DNA from: Daphnia carinata
Lineage: Eukaryota
Length of the DNA: 64,000 nucleotides
Reading direction: 5' to 3'
Assembly: GCF_022539665.2 (NCBI RefSeq)
Contig: NC_081333.1
Location: 8,804,001-8,868,000 of the forward strand
Of this stretch, positions 41,949-51,792 are shown piece by piece. How positions within the stretch are numbered: position 1 is the stretch's first letter; every line of letters starts with the position of its first letter. Made by a program: the position numbers and the translations under genes. The notes below the pieces were generated by a model. It worked only from the letters and a program-made list of their open reading frames with translations. It did no database searches and was not told the origin of the DNA.

Positions 41949-42689
41949 TGCTGACACTAGAAGCTTTTACACACTGAATGGAATCGAAGTATTTTATTTA
42001 ATTTTATCGACTACATCACGTGAAAGTGTTTTTCGTATCAAATCACATCAGCTCTGCGTGTAATGATTTTTTGTGCTCGCTTTCTGTTTGAAATGTTTAT
42101 TAAAAGAGATATCCAAAGTGTTTATTTGTTTACACTTTTTCTGGTCCTGCGCTATCGTTTGTATTTGAAGAGAAGATAACAATTTTACATTTACTTATTG
42201 ATATAGGATGTTGATGTTCCTATCTCATTATGTTGGGTTTGTTATTTGGTACTGTTCACTAATCCTACTAGAACTATTATTAAGTAGATAACAAATTTTC
42301 CTTTCTATACTTGTGACACCGTTTCAAATCAAGCCTAACAGTCCGTGAAACTAGAGTTGTAAAATGCAAAACATAATCAAATTGATGGCTAATCACGTAT
42401 GCTATTGTCGGTTTTTTTCCCGAATTCTTTCATAAAAATTTTTAAATGGAAGGATGCGATAATCGATCGAAATATTTTGGCTTGCGATATTTTATTTTCA
42501 CGTTTTCACGTTGAATTACCATTCAGTAGCGATTTTGCAATGTTAAACCCAGATATTATACAAGCGGAAACACGCTTTATTTAGCTATTTGAAATCAACG
42601 TAGTATTAGCAGGACTTGCAGCATTAAGCTAAAGCTCAAGACAACTCGCACAACTACTTTTCTGTTGAGAAAATAGCAGTTAATCCAGC

Positions 42690-45350
42690 TTAATCATGTC
42701 GATGATGTAGCTCTCTCTTCGATGCCCAATACTCGTCAGCGCATCCCTGTGCAGCGCTTTGACTTACAATTCTTGGTGCTGCCTTGTCCACAGTCACGGT
42801 GTAGTACTGCAAATAAGAATAAACAAATTCGAGTATTAACATTAAAAAGAAAACTAATCCCCATTTGACTTTTGAACGCTTTTACCAAAGTGTAATCGTT
42901 TTTGACACTCCAGTATTTATTGATGGCCATAAATTCTTTCTTTTCGTGGGTGTAGGGAGGCCATTTCGGAATGCCTTCCCTCATCGTCACTCCGTCCGGT
43001 GTTGGTTCCCTAAATAATTTCGTTGATATATTAGGCTGAGCATGTTGTAAAAAAATACAAAACATGAAGCTTGCCCGTAGGTAGCGAAAGTCGTCCAAAG
43101 CTCAATCATTTTCTTTCCAAGTTCTTTTTCCGTTTCGTTGTGCGGGATCGGCATAGTGAATAGATACATAATTTCATCCGCGTGCATCACACCTGTAAGT
43201 CAATAAAACGCGTAATGTCTACTGGGATAGGCAGTGCAATTTATAAATCATTATCTTACCTCGAGGAAGGAAATCACTAGCGCCAATAATGCTGACTTTA
43301 CTTAGGAAATCAAACGAGTACCAATAAGCGTGAGGATTGAATGTGGTGTGTTTTAATACCGTTTGCCAACCACCAGCTTTCAAGAACAAAGTGCCAGTAA
43401 TCTGTAAAACGAAAACATCCTTAATTTTCTTGTTTCTTGTTAATAGAATGGCCACCTACGTCGATTAAACCGGGAAGCATGACGGTCAGATTACCCATCT
43501 GACAAGAATCAACGGCATAACCTAAGTATTTGGTGATGAGAGCATCCGACAACGCACTTGTGTCGTCACGAATCCCTGCAGTATTTCAAATGAAACAGGT
43601 ATGACGTGATAGATTTAAGGTGTATACTTTTAAGGGATCCTCACCTAAAGCGCCAAGAATAGCTCTGACGCTGTCGTACTTCCAGAAGGTCTCGTTGTCA
43701 AAAAGATTATTCGGTTTAATGTAGCCACGGTAAATAATATCGAAAGCCATAATGCCTTCGCCTTCATTAGCACCGAACAAAATGTTCACGTCCGTCATGT
43801 ATTCTCCTCGTTCAATCAACGTTTTTGGTTCCTCGGTCAAATAGCGGACTTTTCCCGCAGTTTGCATAATAGGAGATTGGCCTCCGAACCCCATGTTACC
43901 ATTTTTCTGATCTTCTTTCTACAAGAAGCGTTAGTAAACTGCAATAATTTTTGTTCTCCAAATAGAAAATACCGAAAATGCTTTTTGGGCGTTTCGCAAG
44001 GCTATGGCATCTATGCTTCGCAAGCAGTGGAGTAAATCGGCATAGGGTTGTAGAGGGCATCCAGCCAGCTCTGCAATTCGATATCCATGCTTAGTCGTAT
44101 TACGATCAAGGGCCCATTCCGTCAACATAGAGCCTGATTCAGCAATGGCGTTGTGGAAAAGTCCTGTATTTTGAACAATAGATAAATAGTTCAATCGATG
44201 AGTGTAACGATAAGTTCCATTTCGTTTTTACTTACGTTCTTCTCGGGCTTGAGGACATAGGAGAAGAAATCCTACACTTGCTGCCCCGGCGCTTTCACCA
44301 ACAATGGTTACACAGTCTTTGTCACCGCCGAAGTATTTAATAAATTTTTGAATCCAACGCAAAGCCTCAACTTGATCGGCCATTCCTGCATTTCCCGGTA
44401 TTTCCTCCGTGTCAAGCGTAAGGAATCCTTTAAAGAAAAATGGTAATTGCAGCTGCTGTGCTTATGGTTACAATTTCAAGTTTTTGTTAAAATATACCGA
44501 GTGCACCAAGTCGATATTGGATTACAACAACGACGACGTCATGTGCCATAAAAGTGTTTGGCTCGTAAAGGGCGCTTTGACCCTGAATTTAATAATGTGA
44601 AATTTAAGTATCCGTGTTATTTCACTAACTCATTTCGTTTTTCGATCTTACAGTTACGAATGTTCCGCCGTGTATCCAAACCATGACAGGCAGCAGTTTG
44701 TTAAATGTAGTAGAAGGATCAGAAGCGTTCCCTGGAAACTAAATTATTTACAACCACATTACAGGTAACTAACTTAAATTTTTGGACATTGCTTTTATTT
44801 TACTTACATGTGGGGTGTACACACTAAGTATAAGACAGTCTTCTAATGCATTATCATTTCCCTGGGCACATCCTGATGAATTTTAATTTGCATTATTCCA
44901 ATTATTCACGATACCGCAGTCTCAATTGCATGCAATTATTTACCTGGTGGCAAGTCGATGGAGTTGTAAATCTCATCGTCAGGATAAGGGTAGTTTGACG
45001 GTATCGGAGGCTGGTTTATAGATAAAATACCCAATTAATCGCAATCTGCTAATCTATTGTGTACAACCTCATTTACCAGAAATCGGGTCTCATAAGTAGG
45101 TTTCGCCGCATAATGGAAATAACGGAAGGAGTAAAACGGACGTCGAGGCTCGTACCAGGACGTGCTTGCGTTTCCTGTTAGAAATTGCCTTGCAAACCAT
45201 TTGTACGTCGCCAAATTGATAGAACGCAAACTCACCATAACCACCCATGACGGCCTTTGCATATCCTGGCAATTCCATGATGAACGGTTCCGAGGAACAT
45301 GGTGCAGCCAGGTAGGCTGCTACCAACACACACAACACCGTGAGTTTCAT
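42690..45350 (-). CDS. Secreted carboxyl/cholinesterase, tandem copy 3; 14 exons
   Basis: ATG at 45350 (MKLTVLCVLVAAYLAAPCSS). First exon 45350-45236, last exon 42806-42690. Motifs HGGTF, GESAG, GANEGEG, GVMHADE present. GC-AG intron at 43074-43010. Ends ...EYWASKRELHHRHD*. Confidence 0.94.
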
Positions 45351-45702
45351 ATCTTTCTGCTTGCACAGAATGAGCCCGCATACTATTTTTTTTCTTAAGT
45401 TTAACGATACTTTTCTTTGTCGTTATCAATAAGATTTTTTTTTGTATTTTTTTGTGTCTAGCCAGTGGTCTGTTAGTTAAATAAGATACCAGACTTGTCA
45501 CCCTTTCATCATGATATGCTTCTTTATCGGCGTTTTGTCTTTCATGACACACAAACATATTCATAGTCTGACTGAACAACAATTATTAATTTCCTTAAAT
45601 AGGAACTACGTACTAATGCAATTGAATATATGTTATTCTTGTTTGAATTCACAGGGAAGTCACTGTGATTTTTCGCATCTATTTGGGTGTGCAGTCTGCC
45701 AG

Positions 45703-48323
45703 TTAGGCAGCACGACGACGTTCGTGCTTCTTCTTCGAAGTCCAATACTCGTTGGCACATGCTTCGGCAGATTGTCGACTAACGGACCTCGGCCCCGCCT
45801 TATCCACAGTAACTGTGTAATACTATTTCCGGTAATTTCTATTTGTTAGTTCAGTTTAAATTAAATAGTAGCCCTGCATTCGAATACTACCAAAGTGTAG
45901 TCATTTTTGACACTCCAGTATTTGTTGATTGCCATGAATTCTTTTTTCTCGTGAGTGTAGGGAGGCCATTTCGGAATACCTTCTCTCATAGTCACCGCGT
46001 CTGGTGTTGGTTCTCTGTGGGATGAAACGAACAGGTACTTAATGATTTGCTTACAAGTTGAAGCTATAAGGTATAGGGCTTGCCCGTATGTAGCGAATGT
46101 CGTCCAAATTTCTAACATTTTTCTCGACAATTCGATTTCCGTTTCGTTATGCGGAATGGGCATCGTGAACAGGTACATAATTTCATCAGCGTGCATTACA
46201 CCTAAAAATTTCCCAAACAAGAATTTTACACGGATTTTCCAATGCTGAAGAACAATATCCATCGCACCGCGCGGAAGTATTTCGTCGGCGCTGATCAAAC
46301 TGACTTTGCCGAAAAAATCAAACGAGTACCAATAAGCGTGTGGGTTGAATTTTGTGTGAAGCAACACCGTTTGCCAACCACCGGCTTTCAGGAACAAGGT
46401 GCCAGCTATCTAAAAGAAAAATTGCAAAGAATATCGGCTTTTTCAGTAGAATTCTAATTGTTGACTTACGTCAACCAGACCGGGAATCATAACAGTAAAG
46501 TTTCCCATTTGACAAGAATCAACAGCATAGCTAAGATATTTCGTTGTTAAAGCGTCTCCTAGAGCACCAGTGTCATCACGAATTCCTGAGCGAAAGTCAT
46601 AGCAAGCGGCGTATTAATTACAACAATATGTTCATGTGCGTGAGGTTATTATGATACCTAGAGCTGCGAGTATAGTTCTCACGGAATCGTATTTCCAAAA
46701 GACTTCGTCATTTTCTAAACCGTTTGGCCGGATGTACAAGTCTAGAGTCATATCTAAAGCCATAATTCCTTCTCCTTCGTTGGCACCGAACATAAGATGC
46801 GCATCGGTTTTATATTGGCCACTTTCAATCAAATGTCTCGGTTCTTCTGTCAAATACTTCACTTTTCCGGCCGTCTGGATCACGGGAGATTGCCCCCCGA
46901 AACCCAATCCGCCATTAAGTACATCATTGGCCTGAGAATAGGATCACACGAGACTGCGGGCTGATGGTAACTTAATAAGGGAAAAGAAATATACCGAGAA
47001 AGCTGATTGAGCAGCCTGTAGAGCAATGACATCAATGCTTCGTAAGCAATGCAGTAGTTCCTCGTAGGGCTCAAGCGGGCAGCCGGCCAGTTCAGCAATC
47101 ACGTATCCGTGTTTAGTGGAGTTACGATCGACTGCCCAATCAGCCAACATAGAGCCTGATTCGGCAATTGCATACCTAAAGAGGTCTAATCCGAAAGTGA
47201 TGTTGAAAACAGTTGTCACTTTCTTATCTTATCTTTTGACTGTATTTAAAACTTTACTTTCTTCTCTAGATTGGGGTGCAAGAAGAAGGAAACCAACACT
47301 TGCTGCTCCAGCACTTTCCCCAACAATGGTGACCTTGTCTTTGTCTCCACCGAAATATTTAATGAACTTCTGTACCCAGCGCAAAGCTTCTACTTGATCG
47401 GCCATACCCGCGTTTCCCGGAATTTCGTCCGTGCCTAACGACAGGAACCCTGAAGTGATAGGTTTGATTAACGATAACCAATCAATATGTATGGAGAGGG
47501 ATCGTGACTGCTTACCGAGAGGACCAAGACGGTATTGAATTACAACCATAACGACATCATGTGCCATAAAGGTGTTAGGCTCGTAGATAATACTTTGACC
47601 CTAGTATGTTACACATCCAACCAATAGATAACCATTATTATTTTATTTAAACATTTTAACATATTTTTTTCTTTCTTACGAATATGAAAGAACCGCCGTG
47701 TATCCAAACCATGACAGGCAACAAGTCGTCAAACGTCGTTGACAGATCTGAAGCGTTACCTGGAAACTACATATTATTGGTATTCGATTGTAGCAATGTC
47801 GTTAGAAGGTGCAACGGAAAAAGTAAAAGATAAGTTATTTACTTTAGGCGTGTAAACGCTCAGGATAAGACAATCTTCTAGTCCATTACGATCACCTTGG
47901 GCACAACCAGGAGGTAAATCAATTGAGTTATAGATTTCGTCATCTGGGTATGGATAGTTTGAAGGAACCGGAGGCTGGTATGTAGCGACAGGTAACACAT
48001 TTGATTAACTATGTGACTTCTTATTTATTGAGGTACACGTCAATTACCAGGTATCGAGTCTCATAAGTTGGTTTTGCCGCATAATGGAAATAGCGGAAAG
48101 AGTAAAACGGACGTCGAGGCTCGTACCAGGATGTGCTCAGGTTTCCTTTAGAATTGATTTAACGTGAAGTTGAACACTAAAATGCGGAACTTAAGTGCAA
48201 AAACTCACCATAACCTCCCAAAACAGTTTTTGCGTAGCCAGGAAGTTCCATAATAAAAGGTTCGGAACAACATGGCATAGCCAAGTAGGTTGCTAGTAAA
48301 ACGCACAACGCCTTGAATTTCAT
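45703..48323 (-). CDS. Secreted carboxyl/cholinesterase, tandem copy 4; 13 exons
   Basis: ATG at 48323 (MKFKALCVLLATYLAMPCCS). First exon 48323-48209, last exon 45822-45703. Motifs HGGSF, GESAG, GANEGEG, GVMHADE present. GC-AG intron at 46083-46015. Ends ...EYWTSKKKHERRRAA*. Confidence 0.94.
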
Positions 48324-49943
48324 GACCGCCAAACCCTAAGAAACTCTTGCTAATCCAAGTTTTTATTTGTCCGCCCAGTGCTTTTATTCTTAACGTTTTT
48401 TTTGTTTTGTATCAAGACGAGTTTATTTGTATTGTGACTATTTGCGTTCTGTTTTACTATCACATTCACATGTCATGGAAGATTCAGCTACACGCTCACG
48501 TTACGTTATCAAGATAAAATCAATATTTTGGGATCCTATTGAACTGGTCATGGGGTGCACTTAATCGAGTTGTATTTGGAAATTACGTACTTTATTTTTC
48601 GGTTGCCGCTATGGTAATACACATTTTAACTGAATTTTTAACCTTTACCGTTATTTCGTAAATTTATTCTATTACCTCAAAAGAAATATAAAATCTGATT
48701 GGCACACACCTTACCTAATCTTTAAGAAAATTCTTCCTTGTATGCTTTTTAACGATAGGTCATACCGGTCAAAATGTTGGTTTTGAAAGAATAACATTAA
48801 TAGACAGTTAAGCATATCAGAATAACACTATCCTAGAAACAAATTTTAAAAAAGGAATCAATTGAATGTTTAAACAGATAGAATATCTTTTGGGTGCCGG
48901 AGATGCTGGATGCTCTCATGCATTTTAAAAAATTTGGAAAACTTTTTTAACATTGGAGCATAACAAAAATTTGGTTTCCATAGCAGCTTTTTAGTAATAG
49001 AAAAAATTAAAAGCCCAATGTGTCTGGAAATGCAAATAATAATACAGGCAAATCTATTGAGTTGTGAAAAAATTGCTGCTATCAGTTTAACAGCCATGGT
49101 CGACCTAGAAAGCGATTGTCTGTTTGCATTGTAAGGTGGCCTTGCAAAAACTCTTAAAGATCTGTCAGCTAATCGCACTTCCAAATAGAAGTGCTAACAT
49201 GCATATAGTCCAATCGAACGGACAAATGTTAATGAAATCCATTGGCCTATGTTAGAAAGATAAACAGTAGGCACCAAAACCCCTCTCTTCACTTTAAAGA
49301 ATTTTTTATTCAACAAAATAAAATACAATTATATTTTATTCCGGCTAGATTAAAGAAGTAAATGACATGTGATTACAGCAAAGCATAGGTAGATGTAACT
49401 ACGTGCCGTAAAAATAAACAAAAATAACGTGCAGGTTGTTGGTAAACAGCGACTAAAAAAAGTTATTTTTTCCTGACAGTTGGCGCAGGTTGGTGCTTGG
49501 CTGTTAGTTGCCAAACTTGCCACTTTCAAGTGGCGTTAGTAGAGATCCCTGGCTTTGCCAGTTGGACACAAAGCCCTCTTGGCCTCAACCAGCCGGCCGA
49601 AAGCCCAAAACGTCTAACATTTGTTTTTCTGATCGTTTTCCATCTAAAATCGACTGTTTGTTACCTCGTACTGATTTGAAGAGTTAACTGTTCAAAATTT
49701 TAGACTGAAATATATAATTCTTCATTTATGTTAAAAAGTTATCGAATCCAAAACAACGCCTAGAAAGTCGAACGGCTTCCATTTGGCCCCCAAACCTGAA
49801 GGTCTAAAAGTCGATTCAAGGCCGCCTTGTTTTCATCACAGCCAAGTACGTTACCAACTTTTACTTTTTTTCATAACGGATTTTTCCTTCTTGTTTTGTA
49901 AAGAAACAAACATTAATCATCATTTAGGTGTATTTCAAGAAAA

Positions 49944-51347
49944 ATGATGACCTGTAATCTGGAATGGAAAAACCAATCAGCCTTTCTTGTACAGGCTCTA
50001 TCGAGTCTCAGGCAAAATGACACTCTTACAGACTGCACATTAGCGGCTGATGGAAGGCATATAAAGGCACACAGATTGATTCTCTGTGCATGTAGTCCAT
50101 ATTTTAAGGTGAATTTTCATTGAGTGTCTAACCAAAATTGACAAATAATCATAAATAAAACCTTTTAGGAATTACTGGCAGATCATTCCGACAAGCAAGC
50201 AATTATTTTTCTTAACAATGTAAACTACTCCCTCCTAAAACTTATAGTAGAGTACATTTACAAAGGATGTGTGAATATAGACCACACAGAGTTACAGAAG
50301 TTTCTCCAAACTGCAAGAGCTTTAAAAATATCAGGCCTTGTTAATTATGGAGAAGAAGAACCCCAGACTTCCAAGAAAGCAAATCCACCTCCAAAACTAA
50401 CAGCACAAAAATCAAGCCACAAAAGGTCTTTGGGGGATGCTGTTTCAGCTTTGCCTCCAAAAATGAACAAACTGTCAAAAAAAGAAGTAAATACTCCATC
50501 TGTTCACCGCCCCGTTATTAGACCGCGAAAAGAAGCGATGACTGAAGCCCCATTAGCCCCCAATGCCATCCAGGCCGCTTACCTTACACTCGAGTTGGAA
50601 GTTGACGCCCAAGATGAAAATCCAGCGGGTGAAGCGGAAGAAGAGGAGCATGACGAAAATTTAAGATCGGACGAAAACATTCCGTTTGTTACAGGTACAA
50701 AAGGATTCAAAATTCGAATTTTAGCAATTAAAAAAAAAAAATTCGTATGCAAAAGACGTTGAGGGGAGATATCAGCCAATCGAGGGACGTCGACGAGGAT
50801 CAAATCTGATTGCTGACATTCAAGAAGGATACGTGTACCGAATACGTCGGTACTTTAACGGTAAACAATATTATCGATGCTGTTACAAAGAAAAATGCCC
50901 CGGTCGACTAGTCTGCCACGAAGGACGATTTCACGCTCTCAACCAACACGATCACGATGGCGACATGCACGTTGTTCAAAACTACAAACTGGTCGCAGAC
51001 TGCCGCAGCCGAGCCATTAACGAATCCACTCCCGTTTCTCAAATCATCCAGGAAGAAGTCGACAAGTACGTACAACGTAAATTGAAATTTTAATGAAATT
51101 AAAACTATTGCAGTACATTTTTACGTTGATCCTATTTTCGAAAAGGGCAACAGGGATATCTGAAGTGTTAGTTACCCCACGATATCTAGTGAAAACCAGG
51201 AGACTCCATCGCCAGCGATTGCATCAGCAACAGAGTACGCAAGAAATGGCCGAAGGTTCACAGATTTTGCCCCACACTGCTAAAGTTGAAATAGAAGAAG
51301 AAGATGAGGTCGGATCTCTTATCATCCCCCACTCAGAATCAGAATGA
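49944..51347 (+). CDS. Tramtrack-type BTB/POZ protein with a C-terminal FLYWCH-like zinc finger (mod(mdg4)-like architecture); 4 coding exons, 400 aa
   Basis: Exons 49944-50108, 50169-50694, 50756-51065, 51146-51347 (1203 nt, in frame). BTB: LEWKNQ...LTDCTLAADGRHIKAHRLILCACSPYFK|ELL...IVEYIYKGCVNIDHTELQKFLQTARALKISGL. Exon 3: GRRRGSNLIADIQEGYVYRIRRYFNGKQYYRCCYKEKCPGRLVCHEGRFHALNQHDH, matching the FLYWCH pattern (GY.Y, C-x-C, HxH). Confidence 0.88.
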
Positions 51348-51792
51348 GTTGAGAAATTACAACAATAAGTGTCCAAGAAGCTTTATTTAATATTTAGCGA
51401 TCACCTTGCTACTAAAGAAAGTTTTTTGTCACCATTGGTTATTTTTTAAGAACAAAATCCTTTTGTGTAGCTATATTATGGTTCTCACTCCAGTGACACA
51501 TTCGTATTTCGCGATGTTATATCATTCCTCATTTCCCCTCATCCGTTTTTTAATAAAATTTTTCTGCGAACATAATTTCGGGACGAAGACTACTAACACA
51601 GAAATTGGATCGCGACCAAATCCATTCTTCTTATAGAATATTGGCAACGTCGTTCGTCTGCAAGTCTCGTTAAAACATTGATACACGTGTGAGAAAGAAG
51701 AAATAACATAAGGTGCAAGTATTAAAAAGTTACGTTAAAAAGTACAGGTTGCAAGTTTTGTTTGTTATAGATTTGAGTTTAAGTATACAAGG

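Noticed and set aside
35095..48323. Calling the esterases juvenile hormone esterase or acetylcholinesterase
   Set aside because: The nucleophile motif is GESAG rather than the JHE-typical GQSAG, and AChE-specific gorge motifs were not recognised; no gene symbol assigned.
48880..49280. Possible MITE bounded by TTTTGGGTGCC / GGCACCAAAA with internal hairpins
   Set aside because: The inverted match is only about 10 nt and imperfect, with no target-site duplication; not distinguishable from chance.
49944..51347. Assigning the symbol mod(mdg4)
   Set aside because: The architecture matches, but orthology cannot be established without a phylogeny; arthropods have many Ttk-type BTB genes.
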